Below, piece by piece: positions 31,856 to 40,302 of a DNA stretch of 53,069 nt. Origin of the DNA: Deltaproteobacteria bacterium (GTDB lineage Bacteria; Myxococcota; Myxococcia; Myxococcales; 40CM-4-68-19); NCBI GenBank assembly GCA_005888115.1, contig VBKO01000053.1, positions 1-53,069 of the forward strand, read 5' to 3'. Numbering within the stretch: position 1 is the stretch's first letter; the number at the start of each line of letters is the position of its first letter. The translations under genes and the position numbers were made by a program. The notes under the pieces were generated by a model that saw nothing but the letters and a program-made list of their open reading frames with translations, did no database searches and was not told where the DNA came from.

Positions 31856-32788
31856 TCAACCGGCGAGGAACTCGACCGCTCCCGCGAGGTCGGCGGGCAG
31901 CGGTGCGCGCAGCGAGAGCTCGTGGCCTTCGGGGTGGCGCACGCGCAGTGCGAGAGCATGCAGCAAAGGCCGTGAGAACTCCAGCCGGCGCCCGTCGGGT
32001 CCGTCCAGCGAGCGCGGCCCGCCGTAACGGGCATCGCCGGCGAGCGGCAACCCGAGCGCGGCGAGGTGCACCCGGACCCGGTGTGTGCGTCCCGTCTCGG
32101 GGAAGGCGGCGATCAGCGTTGCCCCGACGAGCCTGCGGACGACCCGGAACCGGGTGCGCGCCGGGTCGCCCCGCGGATCGGCGCGCCGCTTCCCGGGAAC
32201 GGCCGGATCGGCGCTCAGGGCAAGGTCGCTCTCCATCTCGTCGGCGCGCGGCTGCCCGGCGCAGAGCGCGAGGTACTCCTTCGCGACGCGGCCCTCGCGG
32301 AATTCGCGCAGGAGCGCCGCCTGGGCGGCCTTGGTCCGCGCGAGCACCGTCACGCCGGTCGTCCCGCGGTCCAGCCGGTGCACGAGAAGCGCGGCGTCCG
32401 GCTCGCCGCGATCCAGGAGAAGCCGCGAGCACAGGTCGGGGAGCGCGGGTCCACCGCCGCGGCCCTCCTGGGCGAGCACCCCGGCGGGCTTGTCGACGGC
32501 CAGCACCAGTGGGTCGAGGTGGAGGATCCGCGGCAGCTCGGCAGGCGGGGGCTCGCGCAGGTCCACTTCGACCCGGTCGCCCTCGCGGATCGCTCCTTCC
32601 GGATCGCGCACCCGCCGCCGGCCCACGAATGCGCCGCCGCGCAGGATGGCCGTGCGCGCGAGGTCCTCCGGGACGCCTCCCCGCATCGCGACGAAGCGCA
32701 GGAGGGGCGCGCCGGCGTCCGTGCCGAGCGCGACCAGGCGGAGCCGCGAAGGGCGCCGGGGCAACCGCGGTCGGCGCCCTGCCGCCAA
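31856..32788 (-). CDS. RluA-family 23S rRNA/tRNA pseudouridine synthase (RluD-like, with S4-like N-terminus)
   Basis: ORF 31856..32788. Catalytic motif HRLDRGTTG, then FPETGRTHRVRVH. The listed start is a TTG abutting the upstream stop; the true start may be a little downstream. Confidence 0.88.
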   Translation of the reverse strand: MAAGRRPRLPRRPSRLRLVALGTDAGAPLLRFVAMRGGVPEDLARTAILRGGAFVGRRRVRDPEGAIREGDRVEVDLREPPPAELPRILHLDPLVLAVDKPAGVLAQEGRGGGPALPDLCSRLLLDRGEPDAALLVHRLDRGTTGVTVLARTKAAQAALLREFREGRVAKEYLALCAGQPRADEMESDLALSADPAVPGKRRADPRGDPARTRFRVVRRLVGATLIAAFPETGRTHRVRVHLAALGLPLAGDARYGGPRSLDGPDGRRLEFSRPLLHALALRVRHPEGHELSLRAPLPADLAGAVEFLAG

Positions 32789-33139
32789 TCAACCCTTCTC
32801 CACCACCCGCACCGGAAAGCGCGAAAGAGCGGAGCACACCATCCCGCCCGGCCCGGCGACGAGGTCATGGAAGATCGCGCGCGGCGCCAGCGCCACGGCG
32901 CCCGTGGCGAGCGGAATGCGCAGCTCGTTGCCGACCGCGGCGGTTTCCAGGACCAGCTCGCCCTCGCCCTGGACGCAGACGAAGGCCCGGTCGCCGTCGG
33001 CGATCTTCCTCCAGCCGGTCCGCTGGCCGGGCTTCAGGTACACGCCCTCGACCAGCAGCTGGTCGGTCTTGACCGCATGCAAGGTGTTCGGCTTGTCGTC
33101 GGTGAATCGCGCGTCGCTGATCAGGTTCACGCTCTGCAC
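32789..33139 (-). CDS. small cupin-domain protein (116 aa)
   Basis: Last 116 aa of ORF 32789..33982, from GTG (VQSVNLISD) with GGAGG 7 nt upstream. Beta-rich cupin-like core GVYLKPGQRTGWRKIADGDRAFVCVQGEGELVLE. Confidence 0.7.
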   Translation of the reverse strand: MQSVNLISDARFTDDKPNTLHAVKTDQLLVEGVYLKPGQRTGWRKIADGDRAFVCVQGEGELVLETAAVGNELRIPLATGAVALAPRAIFHDLVAGPGGMVCSALSRFPVRVVEKG

Positions 33140-33169
33140 GGCGGTGCCTCCGGGGCGCGCCCGTGTACA

Positions 33170-33205
33170 CCCAAACCCGTGCGCCGGGAAGCGCCGGCGC
33201 ACGGG
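33170..33205 (-). terminator. rho-independent terminator candidate after the Urate_ox_N-like gene
   Basis: On the minus strand, a perfect 12-bp stem (cccgtgcgccgg / ccggcgcacggg) with loop cgcttc, followed by tttgggtgt. Starts 18 nt after the stop at 33223. Confidence 0.6.
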
Positions 33206-33222
33206 CCGTTCCGCGGAGCCGC

Positions 33223-33990
33223 TCAGAACTGCGCGGGCGCCGGGGTGGCGGACTTCTGGTACAGGAGCTTCGTCACGCCCCAGCCCACGGCGACGAGCAC
33301 CATCAGGATGACCCAGTTCAGGTCGGAGCCGTACAGGGTGGGGAAGTGGTTCGACACCATTATGAACATGAGCGGCATGCTCATGTACGTGTTGTGCTTG
33401 GACCGCAGCCCCGCGAGCGCGACGACCGATGCGTCCGGCGCCGGGGCGGTGCCCTTCACGCCAGCGATGATCTTCCGCTGCGCGGGCCAGATCCGCATCC
33501 AGACGTTTGCCGCCATGATGGTGCCTAAGAGGCCGCCCACGTGGATGTACATGGCGCGGCCCGACATGAAGCGAGTGAGCACGTAGGCGAATACCGCGAC
33601 CAGCACGAACGAGATCGCCGCCCCCGCCTTCTCGTTCTTGAGGGACTTCCACAGCACGTCGTAGACGAAGAACCCGACGACGATGAGCACGAGGCCGATG
33701 CCGCCGGCGGCGTGCGGGCCCATCTTCTGCTCGGGGTTCACCATCACCCCGCCGAACCAGTACACGAGGAACAAGAGCAGGATCCCCGTGATCCAGGTGT
33801 ACGCCGCGCCCCAGCGGAACCAGTAGAGCGCCCGCGGCATGAGCTCGGGGAGCACCTTCTTGCGGGAGTCCGGGTCGTACGTCTTGGCGAGCTGCGCGTT
33901 CACGAAGTTGAAGAACCACAAGTGCCCGATCCACATCACGCCGGCCGCCAGATGCGTCCAGCGGAAGATGACGTTCAGCCACTCGTTCAT
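33223..33990 (-). CDS. Urate_ox_N (PuuD N-terminal)-like polytopic membrane protein, no cytochrome c domain
   Basis: Last 255 aa of ORF 33223..35634. MNEWLNVIFRWTHLAAGVMWIGHLWFFNFVN resembles the N-terminus of membrane urate hydroxylase PuuD. Conserved His residues at RWTH, IGH, SKHN and SNHFP. Ends without a CxxCH motif. Confidence 0.7.
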   Translation of the reverse strand: MNEWLNVIFRWTHLAAGVMWIGHLWFFNFVNAQLAKTYDPDSRKKVLPELMPRALYWFRWGAAYTWITGILLLFLVYWFGGVMVNPEQKMGPHAAGGIGLVLIVVGFFVYDVLWKSLKNEKAGAAISFVLVAVFAYVLTRFMSGRAMYIHVGGLLGTIMAANVWMRIWPAQRKIIAGVKGTAPAPDASVVALAGLRSKHNTYMSMPLMFIMVSNHFPTLYGSDLNWVILMVLVAVGWGVTKLLYQKSATPAPAQF

Positions 33991-34067
33991 GGAATCTCCG
34001 GGTTGGTGCGAAACGACGGCGCGCACCTTACCGTCTGCGGATCGATCCGTCGAGAGAAGGACGGCCC

Positions 34068-34092
34068 GGGGAAGCGGCGGTTCCGCTTCCCC
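34068..34092 (-). terminator. strong GC hairpin between the cupredoxin and membrane-protein genes (attenuator or mRNA-stability element)
   Basis: Perfect 10-bp stem (ggggaagcgg / ccgcttcccc) with a 5-nt loop, 27 nt after the stop at 34119. No U-tract follows, so it is not a classic terminator. Confidence 0.35.
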
Positions 34093-34118
34093 ACGCCGGC
34101 AGCGGTCATCGCTGCGGC

Positions 34119-34859
34119 CTACTGGCCGAACGTCAAATCGACGGTGCGCTGCTCGCGGTCGCCCACCGTCACGGTCTGCTCGACGCGGCCGACCGCTTCT
34201 TGCCACGCCTCGACGACGAACGTCCCGCCGGGGAGGCCGGTCAGTGCGTAGCTCCCGTCGGCGCCCGTCACCGCGAAGAACGGATGGCGCACGACCCCGA
34301 GCCAGGCGCGCATCCACGGGTGCACGTCGCAGGCGATGGTGACCATCACCTGCGGTTCCGTGAGCTGGCGCTTGACCTCCATCCCGGTGAGCGGCATCCC
34401 GAAGTTGAACCGGTTGGAGCCCGAGCCGACCGCGTGCACGTTGTGGAGCGTCTCGTCGGCGTTGCGGAAGGCGACCGGCTGCCCGGCGCGGACGCCGGCG
34501 ACCCGGGGGACGAACTCGCAGCCCCGCTGGTCGACCACCACCGGGTCGCTCGGGATCGGATAGTCCCCGTCGGGAATGCCCCGTTTCACCCAGACGAACG
34601 TCTCGGCCACGCCTCCTCCCGGCGACACGAGCACCGAGACGGCGCGGGGCGGCGCCTTCCCGCAGCCGGCGAACGACCCCCGCGAGACTCGCGGCGCAGG
34701 CGGAGGTGTCCCGCGTAGCCGCACGGTCCCACGCACGGAAGCCGTTCCCGTCTGGCCCGGCGCGGCGGGGCGCTGCACAGGCGGAGGCTTGTCGTCCTTG
34801 CACGAGTTGCACGAGGCACAGGTCAGGGCGAGGGCGAGCAAACGGCGCATACGGCGCAT
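34119..34859 (-). CDS. cupredoxin (amicyanin/plastocyanin-like type-1 copper) lipoprotein with C-terminal carboxypeptidase-regulatory-like domain
   Basis: Last 246 aa of ORF 34119..35504. Signal plus lipobox-like MRRMRRLLALALTCASC. Copper ligand pattern: LHNVH ... CDVHPWM (CxxHxxM, as in amicyanin CTPHPFM). Tail FFAVTGADGSYALTGLPGGTFVVEAW. Confidence 0.75.
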   Translation of the reverse strand: MRRMRRLLALALTCASCNSCKDDKPPPVQRPAAPGQTGTASVRGTVRLRGTPPPAPRVSRGSFAGCGKAPPRAVSVLVSPGGGVAETFVWVKRGIPDGDYPIPSDPVVVDQRGCEFVPRVAGVRAGQPVAFRNADETLHNVHAVGSGSNRFNFGMPLTGMEVKRQLTEPQVMVTIACDVHPWMRAWLGVVRHPFFAVTGADGSYALTGLPGGTFVVEAWQEAVGRVEQTVTVGDREQRTVDLTFGQ

Positions 34860-34876
34860 GGTATCCAGTTGCGGCC

Positions 34877-36508
34877 ATGGCGCTGCGGGAGCTGATGGAT
34901 CTGCGGCGCGACGCCGCGGAAATGTGCGCCGACCTGGCGCGCATCGAGCTGGCCTTCGCGCGCGGCACGCCCTTTCCCTTGACCGTGCCGCAGGTCGTCT
35001 CCGCGCACCGGCTGGCGTGCTCCCGCGACGGGCTCGCGCAGGCGCGCGAGACGCTCCCTTCGGCGAAGAGCCCGGGGCGCGCTGCCCGTCTGGCCTCCTT
35101 GCGCGACTTCCTGGTCCGGGCGCGGGCGCTCGAGCTCGAGCCCGGCGCCGCGCAGGAGGCGCTCGAGATCTGGCGCCGTCCCTCGGTGCGCCTCTCGGGC
35201 GACCCGGGTCTCCACGGAGCGCTGCCACCGATCGCGGTGGAGCGGGACCTCCCTTTCGTTCGTGAGCGCGAGAAGCGCGCAGACATGGAGAGCGCGCTCG
35301 CCGCCGCCGAGCGGGCCGCGTCTGCGGGAGTCCGCACGGCGCTCTGGGAGGCGGCGCAGGCAGCCCTGTCGGAGCTGGAACGCGGCGACCCGGCGGATGC
35401 GGCGGTCGCCTTGCACGAGCGCGGCTGGTCGCCGAAATCCCCTCCCGAGACTTCGCAGCCCGCCGCCCCAGCGGCTCTTCCGCCGCGGGCCGCACCAGCG
35501 CCATCGTCGCTCGTCCCCGCCGCGGCCCCGCCCGCGCTCGAGCAGGACGCGGTGACCTCCGCGTGCAACCGGTTCCTGCGCGACACCGACGCGCTCGCGC
35601 GCGATCTGGGCGGCTGGCTCATCGAGCGCCACACCGGCGCGCGCGCCGCGCCGGGCGGCGCGGAGCGGCACGATCTGCTCCACTTCCTGCATGCGCCGCG
35701 CTTCGCGGCCGCCTTTCCCCGCGGCGAGCTGCTCCGGACCGTGCGGCGCTGGGCCGCAATGCTCCGGCTGGACCTCGGCGCCGGCGGCAGCGTCTCGCTC
35801 GAGGAGGACCAACGTCCCCTGCAGCCCGGTGGATCGCGCGCGGTAGCTGTCGATCCGCCGCACGAGGTTCACATCATCCTGCGCCCGGCGGAGGGACCCC
35901 GGGCCCTCGCTACCTTGCTGGCGTCCGTCGGGCGCGCGCAGCTCCGCGCAGGTCCGCCGCCCGACGCTCCTCCGGAGGACCTGTGGCTCGGCGATGCCGC
36001 GCTGGAGCCCGCCTGCGGCGCGCTGCTCTCCGGCCTCGTCCTCGACGCGACCTGGTTGCGCCGCTGCGCCCAGGCCGATCTTCCGCGGGATGACGAGCGC
36101 GCGCTGGCTGTCGCGGCCCTGCTCGCTGCCCGGCTCGACGCAGCCCGCGCGCTCGGTTCGCTGCAGGCGCTGCGCGAAGGGCTCGGCGCCCGGGCCGAGC
36201 AGGCCTACCGCGAGCTGCATGCGCGGGCGGCGCTGGCGGACGTTCCCGCAGCGCTCGCGGGCCGCGACCTCGACCCGTGGCTCGGCCCCTGGGGCGACCT
36301 GCGCGGGCGAGCCCTCGCCGCGCACCTGCGCGACTTCCTGCGCGAGCGGTTCGACGACGACTGGTGGCGCAATCCGCGCGCGCTGCCCGCCCTGCAGGGG
36401 TTGTGGGCGCGCGGCGGGCGGCCGACGGCCGTTGAGCTGTGGGCGGAGGCCGGCGGCACGCCTTCGCTGCAGCCGCTCAACGCGGAGCTGTCGCGCGCGT
36501 GCGCGTGA
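34877..36508 (+). CDS. hypothetical protein (543 aa, Ala/Arg/Leu-rich)
   Basis: In-frame ATG (MALRELMDLRRDAAE) within ORF 34706..36508. High GC3 and long uninterrupted frame. No motif recognised (no HExxH). Confidence 0.6.
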   Translation: MALRELMDLRRDAAEMCADLARIELAFARGTPFPLTVPQVVSAHRLACSRDGLAQARETLPSAKSPGRAARLASLRDFLVRARALELEPGAAQEALEIWRRPSVRLSGDPGLHGALPPIAVERDLPFVREREKRADMESALAAAERAASAGVRTALWEAAQAALSELERGDPADAAVALHERGWSPKSPPETSQPAAPAALPPRAAPAPSSLVPAAAPPALEQDAVTSACNRFLRDTDALARDLGGWLIERHTGARAAPGGAERHDLLHFLHAPRFAAAFPRGELLRTVRRWAAMLRLDLGAGGSVSLEEDQRPLQPGGSRAVAVDPPHEVHIILRPAEGPRALATLLASVGRAQLRAGPPPDAPPEDLWLGDAALEPACGALLSGLVLDATWLRRCAQADLPRDDERALAVAALLAARLDAARALGSLQALREGLGARAEQAYRELHARAALADVPAALAGRDLDPWLGPWGDLRGRALAAHLRDFLRERFDDDWWRNPRALPALQGLWARGGRPTAVELWAEAGGTPSLQPLNAELSRACA

Positions 36509-36517
36509 AGTCCCGCT

Positions 36518-37138
36518 TCAGCGCGCCGCCGGGCTGGCGACGGGCCACCGCCAGCCCCACAGCCGGCTGAAATGCCACCACTCGGCGGGGTTCACGCGAA
36601 AGCCGGCCGCGTACATCGCCCCGCGGAGCGCCTCGCGGTGCGCCTTGGCCGGGCTCTCGGGCAGAGGCGCGTCCGCGGCCGCCGCCGGACTGAAGTCGTC
36701 GAACCCGGTCGGCATCTTCACTTCTGCGCCGGAGAGGTCCGCGAGAGCGACGTCCACGGCCACGCCCCGTTCGTGCAAGCTGCCGCGATTCGGGTCGGCC
36801 ACCGATCCTGGATGCGGATGAGCCTTCCACAGAGCCTTCTGCGCGCGCGCGCTGCGCCAGCAGTCATACGCCACGAGCCGGAAGCCCTGCGCTCGCAGCG
36901 TCCGCGCCGCCCCCGCCAGGCGCTCCGCCACGCTCTTGCGCAGCAGGCAGCGCATGCGGCGGGGGTAGAGGGCCCTTCCGGTCACGTTGTCGGGCCGCGC
37001 GTAAGCGAGCCGCACCACCAGCCCGGGGACCAGCGGTGCCGCATCGACCAGCGGATCCTCTTGGTCCTGGACCTCCGGCAGGGCTTGCGGGCCGAAGGTC
37101 CGCGCGGCCAGGAGGAGCGCCGCGCAGAGCGCGCGCAC
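36518..37138 (-). CDS. M15 family D-alanyl-D-alanine dipeptidase (VanX/DdpX-like), secreted
   Basis: ORF 36518..37138. Signal-like N-terminus. Motifs YDCWRS, SLHERGVAVD (SxHxxGxAxD) and AEWWHF. Confidence 0.85.
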   Translation of the reverse strand: MRALCAALLLAARTFGPQALPEVQDQEDPLVDAAPLVPGLVVRLAYARPDNVTGRALYPRRMRCLLRKSVAERLAGAARTLRAQGFRLVAYDCWRSARAQKALWKAHPHPGSVADPNRGSLHERGVAVDVALADLSGAEVKMPTGFDDFSPAAAADAPLPESPAKAHREALRGAMYAAGFRVNPAEWWHFSRLWGWRWPVASPAAR

Positions 37139-37140
37139 GG

Positions 37141-37443
37141 CTACTTCAGCCGGCGCAGCGCACGGATGATCTTGTCCTTCTCCTTGGTCCGGACCGGCGT
37201 GGAGGCGGCCTCCGTGCGGGAGTCGAGCTTCCGGATCAGCTCCATCTCCAGCGCGAGCAGCTCGGCCCGGGCGTCGGGGTGGGTCTGACCGCGGCGCGGC
37301 AGGGGCGCTGTCGGATCCAGGCCTACACCCTCCCTCATGCGCAGCGCCTTCTCTTCCCGGGCGCTGAGTCGCTGCGCGGCGATACGGAGCGTCTCCCGCA
37401 CCTGGGTGCTCGTGATCGTGCCTGGGGAGGACTTGTTGCTCAT
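37141..37443 (-). CDS. stand-alone sigma-70 region-4-like protein (100 aa)
   Basis: ATG at Met25 of ORF 37141..37515, with GAGGTGA 9 nt upstream. RLSAREEKALRMREGVGLD....ELLALEMELIRKL aligns with RpoD region 4 (LTAREAKVLRMRFGIDMN...RERIRQIEAKALRKL). No regions 1-3. Confidence 0.65.
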   Translation of the reverse strand: MSNKSSPGTITSTQVRETLRIAAQRLSAREEKALRMREGVGLDPTAPLPRRGQTHPDARAELLALEMELIRKLDSRTEAASTPVRTKEKDKIIRALRRLK

Positions 37444-37472
37444 ACCCACGTCACCTCGCTGGGGGGCCGGCC

Positions 37473-37488
37473 GCTGATTCCGTGCCAA
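37473..37488 (-). promoter_or_regulatory. candidate sigma-54 (-24/-12) promoter
   Basis: Minus strand reads TTGGCACGGAATCAGC: perfect -24 TGGCAC, GG-N10-GC spacing kept, -12 is CAGC rather than TTGC. Lies about 30 nt upstream of the ATG at 37443. Confidence 0.35.
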
Positions 37489-37926
37489 CCTACGCCGGAC
37501 AGCCGGGAGATCCAATTTTTCGCATCACGTCGTGGCTACGTCCACCTGAACGCCGGTTCAACCTCAGCACGGGGTGGGAACCGGGTCAAACTTTCGCTCC
37601 TCGATGCATGGAAGCTCAGGAACTCAGGCGCGATTTTCTCCTGGCCGCGGTCTTGTGACCTGCGCGGAAGGACCGCCGGATCGGGTGCACGGGAAGCGGA
37701 TTTCGCGGACCCCGAAAGTAGCTCGCCGAGTTCGCGCGGCGCAGCGCGCTTCTCCGCTGATGAAGCGGTCTGTCCACACGGTGCGCACGTGTCCGTGGAT
37801 GAGTCCCTGCGTGAGCGGCTGTCGTTGCGCTGCGTTCCACACCTTCGCGCGGATGTCACCCCTCAGGCGGCGCACCGACACAGCTTCGTCCTCATCCACC
37901 GACACGAGAGCAGATGCGCGCACCGA

Positions 37927-38988
37927 TCAGCGCTGGCGCGCCGGCTGCTCCGCGGTCTGCTCGGGCGCCTCTTCGTCGGTCTCGTCGGCTGCTGGCTCCT
38001 CGGTGCTCGCCGCGCCGGGAGCGGCCGGGGCTTTCCCGAGGAAGCGGAGCGGGTCCTTCACCGCATGCGGCACGGACGGCTCCGACTCGAATTGCGGCGG
38101 CTGCACGCCGGGATCCTTGCCGACTCCCGAGACTGTCAGCACCGAGTGCAGATCCAGCTCGGCGGCGGGACCGCCTTCACCCGGCACGCGGAAGTGCCCC
38201 TGCAGATCGGCCGCGAGCGGTGCGGCGGTCTGCGCGTCGACCACCAAGGTGCCGGCGACGCGCGTGGGCTCCTCCTTCTGCCAGACCTCCATGCGCCGTG
38301 AAGTATCGGGATCGGGTCCACGGCCGCCGTCGGGCTGCACGGGGTACTCCAGCTTGGGAAGGTCCTTGCGCTCGGCGGCGGGCGGCCGCGCGGCGCTACC
38401 GGTGACCTGGTACCGAACCACCTTGCGTCCCTCGACGGTCGCCTCGCCGGCCTTCTGCAGCTTGAGACCGTGCGCGAGGCGCTCGAAGGTGGGCAGCGCC
38501 CCCATCGCGAGCTCGCGGACGCGCTCGGGATCGGTACGGTCCGTGCGGCGCTTGCGGAAGGGGCCGAACAACCCGCGGACGAACACCTCGCCCTTCGCCC
38601 AGACCATCTCGAATCCCTGGTTCCGATCGTTCTCCTGGCGCACCGAGAAGTCGCCATTCGCGACCTGCAGCAGCGTGGTCTCCTCCGCCAGCGCCACGTC
38701 GCTGCCGCCGTCGGGCGCTCCGGGACCGCGGAACCAGGCGAACTGCACGCGAGTCTGTCCTTTGTGCGCGCCCAGGCGAGCAGCGACTTCCGCCTGCCCC
38801 ATGCGCACCACGCGCTCGGCGAGCCGCGGATCGTCGGCGAGGCGACCCGCATCGAGCGGCTCCTTCGCCTCGGCCAGCGCGCCGACCGGCTCCTCGGGCG
38901 AGAAGATTCGTTGCTTGGCCGCCTGGTCCTCGCTGCGCTTGCAAGAGAGGACGGACACGGCGAGCAGGAAGGCGGCGGCGCGCGTCAT
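37927..38988 (-). CDS. hypothetical lipoprotein (353 aa) with acidic C-terminal tail
   Basis: Last 353 aa of ORF 37927..39618. MTRAAAFLLAVSVLSCKRSE (lipobox LSC). No family recognised. Confidence 0.7.
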   Translation of the reverse strand: MTRAAAFLLAVSVLSCKRSEDQAAKQRIFSPEEPVGALAEAKEPLDAGRLADDPRLAERVVRMGQAEVAARLGAHKGQTRVQFAWFRGPGAPDGGSDVALAEETTLLQVANGDFSVRQENDRNQGFEMVWAKGEVFVRGLFGPFRKRRTDRTDPERVRELAMGALPTFERLAHGLKLQKAGEATVEGRKVVRYQVTGSAARPPAAERKDLPKLEYPVQPDGGRGPDPDTSRRMEVWQKEEPTRVAGTLVVDAQTAAPLAADLQGHFRVPGEGGPAAELDLHSVLTVSGVGKDPGVQPPQFESEPSVPHAVKDPLRFLGKAPAAPGAASTEEPAADETDEEAPEQTAEQPARQR

Positions 38989-39150
38989 CGGCCGGCGGAC
39001 CTTAACAGGACAATGCCGCGGCTCAAACGACCTTCCGGCGAGAACGCGAACAGGCCGTTCCGCGCGCCTGCAAGGCGCAGCCACCCCGGGCGACGGCCAG
39101 GCGACCCACTGGCGCGGACGAGGCCGGGCGGGCGGGCAGGAGCGCGGCGG

Positions 39151-39753
39151 ATGCGCAGCTTTCGCGCCATGCAACTCCACGAGACCCAGCATGTCCTGCG
39201 CTCGCTGCTCCGCGGAATGCCCCACCTGGTCGTCGGAGGCGTGCCGCGCGAACGCGCCGGCGAGCAGAGGCTGGCCTTCCGCCGCCTCGGCGCCGATCCC
39301 GCGGGCGACCTGCGGCTGACCAGCGACGCCTTCGCGAACGGAGAGCCGATTCCCATCCGCTACACGGCGGACGGCGGCGGCGCCGAGCCGCCCCTCCGTT
39401 GGAGCGGCGTTCCGCAAGGGGCGGAATCGCTCGCCCTGATCGTCGAGGATCCGGACGCGCCCACGCCGCTGCCGTTCGTGCATTGGCTGTTCTACGCCAT
39501 CCCGCCATCGGCGAGGAGCATCGATGCTGCTCGCGCCGGGGGCGCCCTGGAGGGAAGGAACTCCATGTTCCGCACCGGTTGGGTGGGGTGCGCTCCGCCC
39601 AAGGGCGACCGGGCTCATCGCTACTTCTTCCAGCTCTTCGCCCTCGGCCGCAGCCTCGACCTCGGCCCCGGCACCGGCCGGTCGGCGCTGTTGCGCGCGA
39701 TGAGCGGGAATGTGTCGTCCTGCGCGACGTTGATCGGCACGTACCGGCGGTGA
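39151..39753 (+). CDS. YbhB/YbcL family Raf-kinase-inhibitor-like (PEBP) protein
   Basis: C-terminal part of ORF 38470..39753. Signatures LTSDAFANGEPIPIRYT, IVEDPDAPTP and HRYFFQLFAL. Start uncertain (ATG 39151, 39169 or 39217). Confidence 0.8.
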   Translation: MRSFRAMQLHETQHVLRSLLRGMPHLVVGGVPRERAGEQRLAFRRLGADPAGDLRLTSDAFANGEPIPIRYTADGGGAEPPLRWSGVPQGAESLALIVEDPDAPTPLPFVHWLFYAIPPSARSIDAARAGGALEGRNSMFRTGWVGCAPPKGDRAHRYFFQLFALGRSLDLGPGTGRSALLRAMSGNVSSCATLIGTYRR

Positions 39754-39756
39754 GCG

Positions 39757-40302
39757 TCAGCCCCAGACCAGCCGGGCGATGACGATGCTGGCGACCAGCC
39801 CCGCCCCGTCGGCGAGGAGGCCCGCAGCGAGGGCGTGGCGGTACCGGACGATCCCGACGGATCCGCAGTAGACGCTCAGCACGTAGAAAGTGGTCTCGGT
39901 GGATCCCTGCAACACTGAAGCGAGCCGACCGGCGTACGAGTCGGGGCCCAGGCCCGGCGTGGAAAAGATGCTGCCCAGGATTCCCAGCGCACCGCCGCCC
40001 GAGAGCGGCCGCACGATGGCCATCGGCAGGACTTCCGGCGGCAGTCCCAGGCGGCTGGTGATGGGCGCGAGGATGCGCGCCAGCGCGTCCATGGCGCCCG
40101 CGGCCCGGAAGGCGCCGACGGTGGCGAGGATGGCGACCAGGTACGGGATGATCCGCACCGCGACCTGGAATCCTTCCTTGGCGCCTTCGACGAAGGCCTC
40201 GTAGACCTTCACGCCCTTCAGCCACCCGTAGAGCGGGATGCCGACCAGGATGAGCGCGAGCGCCCAGTTCGAGCCGCTCTCGAGGATGTGGCGGAGGCTC
40301 AC
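39757..40302 (-). CDS. spmB: spore maturation protein B-like nucleoside-recognition membrane protein
   Basis: Last 181 aa of ORF 39757..40911, from GTG (VSLRHILESGSNW), overlapping the spmA stop as GTGA. Typical SpmB-length hydrophobic protein. Confidence 0.8.
   Translation of the reverse strand: MSLRHILESGSNWALALILVGIPLYGWLKGVKVYEAFVEGAKEGFQVAVRIIPYLVAILATVGAFRAAGAMDALARILAPITSRLGLPPEVLPMAIVRPLSGGGALGILGSIFSTPGLGPDSYAGRLASVLQGSTETTFYVLSVYCGSVGIVRYRHALAAGLLADGAGLVASIVIARLVWG

Noticed and set aside
37545-37570. tRNA-like T-loop word GGTTCAACC.
   Set aside because: The flanking bases cannot form a T-stem, and no acceptor or anticodon arms are present. No tRNA, tmRNA, RNase P or SRP RNA consensus blocks were seen anywhere in the window.
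37540-37600. TPP-riboswitch-like words (GTGCTGAGG, TGAACC) on the minus strand upstream of the sigma-4-like gene.
   Set aside because: The order and spacing do not fit the THI-box consensus (no ACCTGATCTGGATAATGCCAGCG-like arm). The downstream genes also have nothing to do with thiamine.
37624-37923. Idea that the 99-aa ORF is a PilZ domain (RGDIR resembles RxxxR).
   Set aside because: The second PilZ motif (D/N-x-S-x-x-G) is not present (DRFISGE does not fit). The ORF is left as an unassigned low-confidence ORF within finding 37444-37926.
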